A stretch of 64,000 nucleotides of DNA from Eledone cirrhosa (Eukaryota): assembly GCA_964016885.1 (NCBI GenBank), contig OZ024743.1, forward strand, positions 346,704,001 through 346,768,000. Reading direction: 5' to 3'. Below are positions 13,768 through 27,565 of the stretch, one piece after another. The first letter of the stretch is position 1. Every line of letters starts with the position of its first letter. The notes beneath the pieces were generated by a model that worked only from the letters and a program-made list of their open reading frames with translations, was not told the origin of the DNA and ran no database searches. The translations under genes and the position numbers were made by a program.

Positions 13768-14502
13768 TAGAGTTTAGATGGAGGGTCTATGGTGTTTCTC
13801 ACATCTGGTTGGTCTCTGAATGTTACTTGTTTTATATGGAAAAATTGGCTCGAAACGCCAGGTTTTTCGAGAAGTAATTTGATTGGTTGGTCAATAATTA
13901 TAATAAATTTCGCACCAGTTCGCGTTACAAAGTTCTTCAAACAAAGGGGTGGAGGGGTGTCACAGGTTGTTTTTTCATATATGAGTGTTTGAATTTCTTT
14001 TTACTAAAAAAAGGGGCTCACGGAACAAGTTTTCATTAAATTTTCGCGCCCTTATTTGGAAATCCATTCTGTAGCCTTTTTAGAGAATTGTATGACAAGT
14101 AAATGATAATGGTCAAGAGAAATGGGATGGGAGAATTGTTCTGGTTCAGTGAATATGGTTAGTTCGCTGGGGTGTCAAAATTCCGATTTTCTATTTAATA
14201 AAGAAAGTAAAGATATGTATGTTTATTTGTGTGCTTGTGTGTGCTTGTATTAGTAGAAATGGGGGAGGGAGTTGTGTGTGTGTGTATATGGGTGTTATGT
14301 GTGTGTGTGTGGGGGAGTATGTTAAGATGGAGAGAATATATATTTTGTGTGTGTGTATATATGTGTGTAGGAAAGTGATTCTATTAGTAGAAATGGGGGA
14401 GGGAGTTGTGTGTGTGGGTGTGGGGGTTGTTATGTGTGTGTATGGGTGTTATGTGTGTGGTAGTATGGTTAGCATGTTAAGATGAAGAGAATATATATAT
14501 AT

Positions 14503-14603
<101 letters not shown>

Positions 14604-14807
14604 GAAAATGATTCCTTTAGTAGGAATATTTTTGAATAAACATATTTTCCTTACTTATTCGTATTTGTGTTCTGTTGTATTGTCAGTGCAAACGTATGTT
14701 AAGGTTTATTTAGTTCGGGTTTTTATTTTCTAAAGTTGAAGGTGTTATGTGTGTGTGTATGTGTCTGTTTCGATGGTTAGCTAGTTATGGTGTTGACATA
14801 ATGTATA

Positions 14808-15976
14808 TTAAACCATATTTAATGCTGGTCTATATTTTTGAATAAACATATTTTCCTTATTTAGTCGTATTTGTTCTGTTGTATTGTTAGCGCAAAGGTA
14901 AAATGGGAAGACTTGGAATTTGGGTGTCTTATTACTTGCGCATATGTCTAGATATGCGCTTAGTGGTATCTGTCTCGTGGTTGGATCTCGTAATTGTTGG
15001 CGATGAACTGTCATTCTGTTTCTGAGCGTGAGATTAGTTTGTCCTATATAATCTTCATTGCATCCTTTACATTTAATGGCATAAAGTAGATTTTTTGATG
15101 AGCAAGTGAAGTGATTTTTTACAGTAAAATTTTGTCCTGATTTAAATGTATACGCGTTGCCTTCAATGAGGTGAGTGCAAGTTCCACAATTAGAGCGACC
15201 ACACTTTTTGACACTTGGCTGTGGGTTTGTGGTAGATAATTTGGCATTGGTGAATAATGTTTTCAGTGATTTCGGTTGTCTTTTGCTTTTGATTATTTTG
15301 TGTGTTTCAAGGGCTTTTTTCTTGGGTTTTGTTTTAGTAGTGGGATGTTCTTGTGAATAGTGTTGTAAGCTTCCGCATTTCTTGGGTTGTGTGTTGACAT
15401 ATATGATAGAATATTGGACGTACCTTGAATTTGTTTCTGTTTTCGTAATTCATCAATGCCTATTGCTTTAGCCCTTTCTATTCCATTATTTATTAGTAAT
15501 AGTGGGTACTCTCTTTCGAGTAGAATTTCCTTTAATTATTGAAGTCTTTTATTTCGCGTTTTATAATTGGAGACACTTGTGCAAATTCTTCTTGCTAGGT
15601 TAAAAGGAATGTTCGTCTTCGTGTGCTTTGGATGGTTGGGGGTGAATAGCAGGTATTGTTTGGATTCTGTTGGTTTGTAGTGTATGTCAGTTTCAATATT
15701 TGTGTCTTTTTTTAAGATTAAGATGTCAAGAAATGGGTGTTGATCTTGGCTGTATACCATTGTGAATTGGATGTGGTTATTGATGCCGTTTATTAAGTTT
15801 TTGAAATCCTTCAGTTGGTCGAGTGTGTGGGACCAAAGAATGAGACAATCATCCAAGTGGCGTTTCCAATTCTCTGATAAATATTTGTGGAAGTTCAATC
15901 CGTATTTTGATTTGGACTGTTCATATATCTGGACTTCTAAGTAAGCCATGACTAAGTTGGCATAAGTTGGAGCGAC
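14808..15976 (-). pseudogene. PLE RT thumb plus GIY-YIG endonuclease, frameshifted and 5'-truncated
   Basis: APTYANLVMAYLE, WKRHLDD (YIDD-like), HYKPTESKQYL..NHPKHTKTNIPFNLARRIC, KCGRSNCGTC linker, LLYAIKCKGCNEDYIGQT..LRNRMTVHRQ. Confidence 0.9.
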
Positions 15977-16352
15977 AGGCTACAGAATGGATTTCCAAAT
16001 AAGGGCGCGAAAATTTAATGAAAACTTGTTCACGTGACAGCCATAATTTCGTTTATAACCAATCAAATTACGTTTATTAAAAAAAAGCCTTCGTGAGTCC
16101 CCCCCCCCCCTTTAAAGTAAAAAGAAATTCAAACACTCATATATGAAAAAACAACCTGTGACATCCCCCCCCCCCTTGTTTGAAGAACTTTGTAACGCGA
16201 ACTGACGCGAAATGTATTATAATTATTGACCAACCAATCAAATTACTTCTCGAAAAACCTGGCACTTCGAGCCACTTTTTCCATATAAAACAAGTAGCAT
16301 TCAGAGACCAACCAGATGTGAGAAAAACCACAGACCCTCCATCTCAGCTCTA

Positions 16353-16388
16353 CTTTTGAAAAGCAGAAGAACTGCGAAACCGGTAAAG
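16353..16388 (+). ncRNA. Minimal hammerhead ribozyme, U3-A8 variant
   Basis: CTT TTGAAAA GCAG aagaa CTGC GAAA CCGG TA^ AAG; palindromic ACCGGT stem III. Confidence 0.75.
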
Positions 16389-16537
16389 GAACCAAATAAA
16401 TATATATACTTTTAAACAAATAAGACTCCAGTTGCATTTTCGACTTCATCTTTTATTCTTTATACTTTCACTCGTGTAGGACACCTCGGTTATTTTTCAT
16501 TTTGTAAAAAAAACCTCACTTTCTAATATATATATAT

Positions 16538-16961
16538 AAAAGAATAGAGGTGTAACACACAAGTTATTATATATTGGTAAACGGAATAGAAAATGCTGAC
16601 AAATTGTTCACAGTTGAAAAATGGTTTAATTAGGAATAAAAGAGTATTAGTGATTGTATGGGCTAGTATTCAGTTGTGGTTTTAAGTTTTTAAGTTTTTA
16701 CCGGTTGCGCATTTCTAAATGCTTTTCAAAAATAATTTTGAGATAGAGTGTCCGTGGTGTTTGCTCAGATCAGAGCAAACAGCACGGACACTCTATCTCA
16801 AAATTATTTTTGAAAAGCATTTAGAAATGCGCAACCGGTAAAAACTTAAAAACTTAAAACCACAACTGAATACTAACCCATACAATCACTAATACTCTTT
16901 TATTCCTAATTAAACCATTTTTCAACTGTGAACAATTTGTCAGCATTTTCTATTCCGTTTA

Positions 16962-16971
<10 letters not shown>
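16538..16971. mobile_element. Palindromic mini-element, family C
   Basis: ~200-bp inverted arms around AGATCA (16767-16772), tail 16538-16567, (TA)n flanks; second copy 24153-24588. Confidence 0.9.
16807..16843 (+). ncRNA. Variant hammerhead-like motif (UUGAAAA / GCAA core)
   Basis: TTT TTGAAAA GCATT taga AATGC GCAA CCGG TA^ AAA; mirrored on minus strand ~16696-16732. Confidence 0.55.
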
Positions 16972-17022
<51 letters not shown>

Positions 17023-17132
17023 AAGTATAAGAACTATCACAAAATCGTAGGAATCTCAACGCGGACGAGCGCTAGAAATAGCTCACCAGGGAGTATAGAA
17101 TAATCACATGAGGTATATAAAAGTATGTATAT

Positions 17133-17202
<70 letters not shown>

Positions 17203-17206
<4 letters not shown>

Positions 17207-17373
17207 ATAATAATAATAAATTTGAAGACTAAAATCCAAAGAGGGCTCGATAAGGATAAATATATATCAAATATATAAGAACCGTAGAGCAACAATTTAT
17301 TAAAATAACAGATTAAAGTTTAAGCAAAGAATGGCTGCTTTCACCCTTAACGGGATTTTCTGAAACTAACAAA

Positions 17374-17375
<2 letters not shown>
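17203..17375 (-). mobile_element. Family D pseudo-LTR fragment with degenerate hammerhead (17317-17367)
   Basis: Minus AGTTT CAGAAAA tCCCgttaaGGGt GAAA GCA gccattctt TGC TT AAACT; between (TA)n tracts; rearranged copy at 34010-34096. Confidence 0.65.
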
Positions 17376-17439
<64 letters not shown>

Positions 17440-17440
17440 T

Positions 17441-17520
<80 letters not shown>

Positions 17521-17540
17521 TATATACATATATATATATA

Positions 17541-17805
17541 TAACCTGGTTTTCGAGCCACTTTTTCCATATAAAACAAGTAACATTTAGAGACCAACCAG
17601 ATGTGAGAAAAACCACAGACCCTTCATCTCAACTCACCTTTTGAAAAGCAGAAGAACTGCGAAACCTGTAAAGGAATCAAATAAATATATATATTTAAAA
17701 AAAAAATAAGACTTCAGTTGCATTCTCGATTTCATCCCTTTTTCTTTATACTTCCACTCGTGTAGGACACCTCGGTTATTTTTCATTTTGTAAAAAAAAC
17801 CTCAC

Positions 17806-17812
<7 letters not shown>
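17541..17812 (+). mobile_element. Solo pseudo-LTR of the Neptune-type PLE with hammerhead at 17637-17674
   Basis: Matches 16255-16525; CCTT TTGAAAA GCAG..CTGC GAAA CCTG TA AAGG; inserted in (TA)n. Confidence 0.85.
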
Positions 17813-17858
<46 letters not shown>

Positions 17859-18591
17859 TCCAATAGTCACAGGGATGGCTCAATGAATAAATCAGAGCAT
17901 CATATATTCATATACAGGGAGATCGCAGCAAAAATATATTCAGAATATATGTATATATATATATATATGGGGGGGGGGGGTATACATAGTAACATACATA
18001 CGTACATGTATAAATTTATGTACATGTTTATATATAAAGAGAGAAGGGGAGGGAGAGGTTGAAACAGAGAAGTACCACGAAAGTATCCTATTATATGACT
18101 GTCAAATATCAGGAATTACTTCTCACAATACGACAAGAAAATTGTTCTAGCGGCGAGGATGCTGGAGAGAGACATACTATGTGTGACAAAGAGTGGCAGT
18201 TTTAGAAATCCAGATTGAGCGACACAGAATGATAGAAAAAAAAAGTCAGATGTAGAGGCAGGAAAGGTAAACGCTGTGTAATGCTAAAGCAGTTTTGACA
18301 GACAACATGCCGTTAAAGTCTATATTTCCGTTGTTAGGTGGACATCTATTTCTGTAAATGTCCAGTTTATATAGAACAGGTGCATTGGCTACTAGTGACG
18401 GAATAATGGTAGGCGAGCGAAACTAGATCAGGGTTTTGAACGTGATCAGTTTGCAGATATTGGCAGCTCTGCCAGCAAACGTGTAAAATAAATAAACACA
18501 CTCAAACACACACACGTGCTCGCATATACACACGCACAAACACAGACACACAGGCACACGCACACACACACACACAGACACACACACATAC

Positions 18592-18623
<32 letters not shown>

Positions 18624-18624
18624 A

Positions 18625-19140
18625 TCGTCTATTTTTTCTTCTTTGCCAACTTGTTCCTGGGCGGGTAGAGAGGACTGAGATCTCAAACATTCCCTCCAGC
18701 GGTCCCTTGTTACAACCAACCGTCTCTAATTGAACCAGCTGGATCCACAGTTGAGACACTTGGGTCTCCTGTCGGTTAATATTTTTTTCGTAAACATTTT
18801 AACCGGATTTTTTTCGTAGTATCGGAGCTGTGATCACTCAATTTCGAGAGTAGGGATTCTACCTGGAGTAACTGTCTGATCTCATAGCTACGGAAATTAT
18901 CGAGTAACATTACTCCAAAAGCCCTTAAAAAAACCCTATTTCGACCGCTTGTATTAGAGATCGTATTATTTCGATCATTGCGCATGGTTCATATCATATG
19001 TAAAGGATGACACAAATACCAAATTGAAGCTGAAGGTGGCGCATTAATGCACCAGCTCCTCCAATGCTTCCATTTAATTAATCCTCCTGCCTTCCATAAG
19101 TGTTGAACACGACCCCGACATATTTGAATTTATCCACTCA
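18625..19140 (-). mobile_element. RTE-like LINE 3' fragment, decayed
   Basis: Homologous to 37170-37780 (F.YVGVVF, GVMLLD..RS.EIRQ.LQVESLL, TRDRWR). Confidence 0.75.
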
Positions 19141-19282
19141 TATGTAAACTGCGCTTGGCTTCCTTAAGAGGTCGAATGTCTCAGGCTTGCAACACTGATT
19201 TTCGTTCCTTCGATGCAGGACTCGGCCGCAAAACTATCAAGGGCATAGGTTTGTTGCTGAGAGCATATATATACATATATAA

Positions 19283-19314
<32 letters not shown>

Positions 19315-19513
19315 TTATTTATTTAGGTCTGTTGCTTCACCACTGGATAGAATAGATCATTCCGTATGGACAACCTCGATGTAATATTATGGAGAGCACT
19401 CAACGTAATGCAACTCACCCGTCTTCGTTTGTGTAGTTGGTGGTGCGAGTACGGAGTTAATTATTATATAATAACAGGAGGCTGGACTGGTGTAAATCCT
19501 TGAAAAGTTTATT

Positions 19514-19571
19514 ATACTATCATCATTTCAATGACCGAGTTCAATATGAATCGGGTGACATCATCAGGTAT
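19514..19571 (-). ncRNA. Hammerhead ribozyme (type I)
   Basis: ATAC CTGATGA tgtcacCCGA TTCA tat TGAA c TCGG tcatt GAAA T gatg A TA^ GTAT. Confidence 0.6.
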
Positions 19572-21356
19572 TCAAAATAAATATAACAAAGGAATATAAC
19601 AGATAAAATCCATGGGGCTGAAAATCAGAGACAAGAGGATGACCGACTATTTAGCTGCTTCTATACAAGCATATATATATATATGCTTGTAATTTTGTAA
19701 ATATATAGACAGATATATACACACATTCTTAAACACATGCATTTGTATGTGGAACTGTACGAATGTTTCCGTGGCTGCGTGAGTATTTATACAGATATAA
19801 CTTTATCGTACATTTCGGTTGATGATATATACATATCCATACATGCAACTGCCTCTTTAGCCACCTCCTTGACAATGCTTTTATTTCGTGCATAACCTTG
19901 GGATTGTATAATATTGGGCCCGTGTTGCATTATGGCTTGAAAAACCCAATGGCAAAACATCCATCAGACAACACATCACTGGGATAGCGTAAAGTAATAA
20001 GAACTAAAATTCCTCACTACAAGAAATGGTGCTGGTAAGTTGTGATAAATATTATAACTCTGGCTAGTCAAAGCAGGACATTCAACAATATTAGAACACA
20101 ATATAAATCCGATGTTTATACACAATTAATGCTGGATACCATTCATTTGTTTTGTGCAATGATCTTCACATATATCCATGAAAATTCGAAATACAGAGTC
20201 AAATGTTCAACGTCATAGAATGAAAGAATAAGACAACAATGTATAAAAGTTAAATCCAGCCCACCAGTGTCGAAACACTTATTTCTTTTTGTTTCATTTA
20301 GAAACATTCAGCTGATAGTCTTTTTTTTTCTTTTCAACCAAATTAACTTAAGCAGCGGGAAGTGGAACATCATGTGCAAACACATAACACGCTGCCCGAT
20401 CCAAGATCTTAACCCACGATAACAGGAAAGCAACCATTATCACCTTAGCCACAAGTGTATTCCTTTAATCGACATAATAAAAGGAGACTGAAATAAGAAA
20501 CCACTAATTAACTAGACTGAAACTTCGGGACTCTAAGATCCGTGAAGACACAGGCTTAACGTCCGCAAAGAGGAACCAATAAAGATGGGTGCCAGTGGTG
20601 AAGCAAGTAGCAGAAGGTGAGTATCGGCAGAGTGGAGAGGAACAAAAGTATATGTAAACATGCTCTGTGTGTGTGGGGGGGTGCGCCTGTGTGTGTTGGA
20701 GTGTGGGTGCGCGTGTGTGTGGGGGGGGTTGTCGGTGCGCGTGTGTGAGTATGGGGGGGGGGGGGCATGTGGGAGCGTACGTTTATATGTGTGTGTGTAC
20801 ATGTAAGAAGGATGGAGGTGCAGAGCCAGTGAGAAAATAAGAGATGGGTAGTATGTAACCCCCACAAAATTACTTACAAGTTGAGCACTTTCAAGTAGCC
20901 TTTCCTAGATAGACAGAGTTTTCCAGTTGGATACAGAAGTATCAATATTCAAGGATTTACTACACTCCTGGCTGCATATATACCTGATGACTTTTTATCA
21001 CTGGTCACGTCTTAACGAAGTGTTTCTATCATTCTGGACATAAATTGAACAGTAGAACATACTACAAGACATACTACAAACAACATCAAGCATATTGCAT
21101 TACTATCATGTATCAGAAGTTGACACATCCCATCTATTTTGTTCATTCACTGCATATAATTATGTCGTGGCAGCACATAATTCATAATATATATGCTTAT
21201 TGTTGAATCACATTCAGGTAACAATTAAAAGAAAGCAATTAAGGTGTACTCTCTGGAGTAAATAAGTATCTTATTACCATATCTTTCCCCTCCCATCTCT
21301 CTCTCTCTTAGTACATATATATATATATATATGTCTGTGTGTGTGTACTCATACAA

Positions 21357-21395
<39 letters not shown>

Positions 21396-21415
21396 AATAT
21401 ATGTATGTATGTATG

Positions 21416-21446
<31 letters not shown>

Positions 21447-21533
21447 CTATGTATAAATATATATATATATATATATATACATATATGAGTATGTTTGCGT
21501 GTGTTATTATATATATATATATAAATGTGTGCG

Positions 21534-21634
<101 letters not shown>

Positions 21635-22044
21635 CCACATTGAATTAGATGCAAAAACCGATATAGAACAGTAGAATAATGCTGAGAATCAGAAATATAC
21701 AGGCACATACAACACACACACACAGAGAATATCAACAGACCAGCGTGCATTCGTACCTGCACATACCAAACTATATATGCTTTATATATATATATATATA
21801 TATATATTTCTGTGGGTGTGAATGTGGATTGGTGCTTGCGTGTGTGTGCCTTGGTGTATGTTTGTATATGACTGCCGAATACTTCACACACATGCATATG
21901 CATATCAGGGATACGCTGTAACACCTGGTGAACGGGTGACAAGCCTATTTATTAACAATCCAAAGCTTGTATTTGACTACATAAGTTACTATTACACGGT
22001 AATACTTCAAATTTCCTCACCTCTATCAGTAAACAAATTCTCAT

Positions 22045-22400
<356 letters not shown>

Positions 22401-22636
22401 ACCGAAATCGGACCGAATAACTTTTCCTGTAATGTTGATAAAAAATACAATCTTGCTGTGTATGTCTGACTTGAATATATAATACATCCCCTTAAGTTCA
22501 TATCTAAAAGATTTGTTTTCTGTATGTACACTTAAATGGCATAAATTGCCATGCACCAATTTATCTGTGTGTCTGTCTAGTTAATATATATGTATTTATC
22601 TCTCCTTCACTCACACACTCACTTACCGAAACACAC

Positions 22637-22702
<66 letters not shown>

Positions 22703-22814
22703 TATCATGTTTCTACTTCTTTGTTTACATATGTATATTTGTGTTTATGTAGGTAGGTATTATGAATACATATAGAGGGCGAGTGAGAAAGTGAGATTGG
22801 TATAATCCCGTGTG

Positions 22815-22934
<120 letters not shown>

Positions 22935-22968
22935 CAAATCTGGACATGCTTTACTCTATAGTATATAG

Positions 22969-23003
<35 letters not shown>

Positions 23004-23148
23004 AAATGAAGAACACTGGAATGTAATATCTGTAGTGGTAGAGCACTCAGTCCATGGGACAAGTTTGGTAGAAGTAGTAACACAACTGTTAGTTCACCAT
23101 ACCGAGAACAATTGTTTCACCTTATGCTGATCTTTAGCTCGGACGTAA

Positions 23149-23179
<31 letters not shown>

Positions 23180-23180
23180 T

Positions 23181-23395
23181 TTTGTGTCTCTCCTTAGTTC
23201 TGTCCGACACCATCTTGTGTAGATCAGAACAAAAGAGAGACACAAACATAAAAACCAGTCTCTGAGTAGGTCACATAATGTGTGACGAAAGCGCTTTGAC
23301 AATATATAAACAAACATCCGGTTCTCGAACCAACCAACTAACCAGAAATTTATAATGAATTGACGTGAAAACCCTCCCAAAATACAACAATATAT
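23181..23395 (+). mobile_element. Family B pseudo-LTR fragment with small fold-back and degenerate hammerhead (23258-23300)
   Basis: GTCT CTGAGTA g GTCAC..GTGAC GAAA GCGC TT TGAC; similar to 59428-59690. Confidence 0.7.
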
Positions 23396-23410
23396 ATATA
23401 TAAATATATA

Positions 23411-23545
23411 TAAAATTAGTCTTTCATCAGTGATCTTCCAACCGTCATTGGTATTTCTTCGCACGGTTGGAAGATCACTGATGAAGGACTAATTTTATTC
23501 ATATGTATCTATCCCATATGCAACAACGCAGCACGTCATTTTTCA
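23411..23545. mobile_element. Family E fold-back mini-element
   Basis: ~32-bp inverted arms (AAAATTAGTC.TTCATCAGTGATCTTCCAACCGT) containing CTGATGA; related to 24619-24722 and 25143-25226; (TA)n flanks. Confidence 0.7.
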
Positions 23546-23619
23546 TATATATATATATATATAAGAAAGAGAGACAGAGAGGTATAATCCCATATATATA
23601 TGTATACATATTCTTCTTT

Positions 23620-24070
23620 ACAAAATTTACCGATGCCATGACGAAGTGTGCCACCCTCAACCCATACTGTCCAGTATTGCACTCTGATGTTCACTTGCCT
23701 CCAACCCGCTCTCGTCTTCAAGAATTCCGCCAGTGTGATGTTGTCAGAAAGGCGAAGTTGTGAATATCAGTGCAATTTATTTGATGCGTATATTTCCCAA
23801 AATATGATCTTGACCTTTCTCGGCATTCGCGTGTATATTCTATTAATATTTTTTAGAGTTTTCGTTGATATCCATGACTCACAACTCTAGAAGAAAATGG
23901 ACTCAAGCGTTGCTTCGAATAACCTCCTCTTCATAGTTCTCTTGAGCGGAGATATCCACACATTCGATATAGAGTTGAAAGCTTCTCACCATACCTTGCC
24001 AATCATGTTGTTAACACCATGTTCTGTTTTTATGAAACTACCAAACTATAAGAAGCCATCTACTTCTTAA
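23620..24070 (-). mobile_element. RTE-like LINE 3' fragment, decayed
   Basis: Minus translation AFNSISNVWISPLKRTMKRRLFEATLESIF..CESW..RIYTRM. Confidence 0.7.
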
Positions 24071-24108
24071 ATCTTCGTGCTTTCTTGATGTGTGTATCTA
24101 TCTATCTA

Positions 24109-24152
<44 letters not shown>

Positions 24153-24154
<2 letters not shown>

Positions 24155-24584
24155 TAAACGGAATAGAAAATGCTGACAAATTGTTCACAGTTGAAAAATG
24201 GTTTAATTAGGAATAAAAGAGTATTAGTGATTGTATGGGTTAGTATTCAGTTGTGGTTTTAAGTTTTTAAGTTTTTACCGGTTGCGCATTTCTAAATGCT
24301 TTTCAAAAGTAATTTTGAGATAGAGTGTCCGTGCTGTTTGCTCTGATCAGAGATCAGAGATCAGAGCAAACAGCACGGACACTCTATCTCAAAATTATTT
24401 TTGAAAAGCATTTAGAAATGCGCAACCGGTAAAAACTTAAAAACCACAACTGAATACTAACCCATACAATCACTAATACTCTTTTATTCCTAATTAAACC
24501 ATTTTTCAACTGTGAACAATTTGTCAGCATTTTCTATTCCGTTTACCAATATATAATAACTTGTGTGTTACACCTCTATTCTTT

Positions 24585-24588
<4 letters not shown>
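24153..24588. mobile_element. Palindromic mini-element, family C (second copy)
   Basis: ~190-bp inverted arms, centre CTCT(GATCAGA)x3, tail 24548-24588; variant hammerhead 24398-24434; (TA)n flanks. Confidence 0.9.
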
Positions 24589-24618
<30 letters not shown>

Positions 24619-24624
<6 letters not shown>

Positions 24625-25225
24625 GAGAAGAAAGAAGAATACTGCGTGGTTGCACAAGGGTTACATATGATAAAAATAGTCCTTGGTCAGTGATTTTCCA
24701 ACCATCATTGGTATTTCATCGCATTAAAAATCATATACCTCAGGTTGATGCGAGCAATAACTAAAAAAAGTTATTGGGACCAGTAAATCGTGTAAAGCGA
24801 GGGGGACAAGTAAACAACATAGAAGGGTAAAAGCAAACCAAAGATAGGAAAAAAAACAAGCAACATGGTTGTCCGGTCAGCATAAACTGGGTTGATTTCA
24901 TGAGCGAAAGGTACAGACCGTCCGATGTGAGTGAGATGTAAGCAAGAAGAGACCCACTGTAAGCCAAACGGGAGGAAGTGAGAAGGGGAGAAACAGAGAG
25001 TGAGTGAGTGGAAGTGTGAGGAAGCGGTTAGTCAAGAGAAAGTGTAACTGACAGAGGGGGCAAAAGAAGGTGACAGAAACAGAGAAAACGGGGAAGCAGT
25101 AAGAGAGAAACAGACAAACGCAGCCGAGGTAAATATATATAAAAAACATGAGAAGAAAGAAGTATACTGCGTGGTTGCACATGGGTTACATATGATAAAA
25201 ATAGTCCTTCGTCAGTGATTTTCCA

Positions 25226-25226
<1 letters not shown>
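24619..25226 (-). mobile_element. Family E element with ~85-bp direct terminal repeats (partial tandem, period 525 bp)
   Basis: ACATGAGAAGAAAGAAG.ATACTGCGTGGTTGCAC...CAGTGATTTTCCAA at 24621 and 25146; non-coding; (TA)n flanks. Confidence 0.75.
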
Positions 25227-25291
<65 letters not shown>

Positions 25292-27497
25292 AGTATATAT
25301 ATATATATATCTATATCTAAATACAAACATATATACGCATGAATTTTGTGTGCGTTTAGAGAACAGCTACACTGCAAGCTAATAATGAATTTTGACAGCA
25401 TGCACAAAAGTTTTTATAACTGCACAGACAAAACACACACACACATATATATATAGTTGTGGAACAAACCTTATCGAATAGAATGGACATACATATATTT
25501 ATATCATTTATATTGGGACAAATCAATGAGGTAAAGTAAAAGAATGGAAAACGAAATCAAAGAAAACAATACTTGTTCTCAAATGTATTCTATTAGATAC
25601 AATTTTGCATATTTTAAAATAGGGATTTTTCACGATGGAATGTGCAGTGCTAAATACAACATAAACCAGGAAGTAGGGAAACGAACATATAGTCTTAAAA
25701 GATTAAAAGCTGATACCTTACTGGACAACGGAGTCGTCGGAACGTTGATAAATCACAAACAGAAAATGCAATAGAAATATACAAGGAATTATTGCATATT
25801 TATACCACTCGTTAAAATTTCGTCATCCCGAAAACATAAAAGTCAGTGAAAAGAAATATGGGCACAGGTGTGTGACCTGGGGCAGAAGTAAAGTAGAAGG
25901 AAGAAAGTAAGAAGAAAAGAAAAAGAGTAAGAAAGGGATAAAGAGAAAGGAGTTAGAGACAGAGTAACGGTAACTATTTGAAACATTTTATAGAAGAGGT
26001 CACATAGCTTTATAAATGAATTATAATTTAAATTAGGACACAGACACAAAGTTATGGGGATGATAGAGGGGCGAAATCGCAAAACAAGTAAACAAACATT
26101 GAGATCCTGATCATAATCTACCCTCCATTAGACATAGTTTCGCATAGTTCTAGACATGATTGTATGTTATCCCGTTGCATGCCCTAGAAAATAGACGAAG
26201 AAACGTATAATATTTGTTTCTTCTTTTGGCACAAGGCCAGCATTTTGCTGCAAGACATGGCGTCAGACCCTCTACCAATACTGCCAATCCACCGCCTAAC
26301 AAACGTATAATATTAATAGAACGAAAGCCATGAAAGAAATTATATTAGAGAGAGCAAATATTACAAATGGATGAATCATTTGAACATTGCTACATGTAAA
26401 ACAGCAATATACAAAATATAAATACACAAGGAGCCATTGTCGTCAAACTTTAGTGAACATGAAAACGTTGTAGAGGGCTGAGAGAGAATTAATAAGCAGT
26501 TTTGACAGCAGTAATGTACTTGGAAATTGCTGGCCTTGTGCCAAAAAGTAGAAACAATTATTTATCTGCCAGAGTAGAAAAATATCGATGAAAAGAAATA
26601 TGGTTATACACCGACGAGGATTTCTCATGAAAATATAAATGAAATTCATCGTGCCCCGTTCACCTATGAAAATATTGCTTTCTAAGAGGTATTGTCTTAT
26701 ACAAAGTTTCTCGGGTGCTTTACGGATAAGGCACCTTTCCTAGCAGAAAAAATACCGTTGAATGAAGAATCCTGATCACGAATACAACGAACCACCAAGC
26801 CTGGGATTCAAGCATAACACCTTCTGATCGTGAGCCAATACATTAACCATTAGGTCACGCTGCTATATATTTCTTGAAAGCTCATAATACGTATTACTAA
26901 ATCTCACACTCGATAACAACAAACAGATTTCCTAAAACATTTCTTCCCACCATATACAAAAAAATCGGCTTTGCTAATTTTCTTCTTTGTTCCAGTAACA
27001 ACATAAACTGCAACACCTCAACCTGAACAATAACCACTTTAAATTCAACTTGTTATCACCACCTCTAACAGTATATCAGAGCTCTGAAAGGGCTATGGGC
27101 AATGCTCCACCTACATACATTCATACAAATAAAATGTAATAGAAAAAATTGAGAGATTTCTCTGTGAGAGGGTTGTTGAAATAAACAAAAAGTAAAAGGA
27201 GAATTAATTTAAGTAATAGTGACTGGGGTCTATAACTGGGTGGATATGGTCTGGTACACAGACACAAAAACATTAGCGCAACTACAGAAATATACGATTA
27301 CACACCTTCACATCCACACACAGGCAGACACACACACATACACACAGAGGGAGAAAGAGACAGGGAGAGAGTGAGATATCAGAAAGAAACATATTTACGT
27401 ATACTCTTTTACTCTTTTACCTGTTTCAGCCATCCGGCTGAGGCCATATATGAAATTTATAAATCTCTCTCTCTTTCTCTCTCTCCCTCTCTCTCCC

Positions 27498-27565
<68 letters not shown>

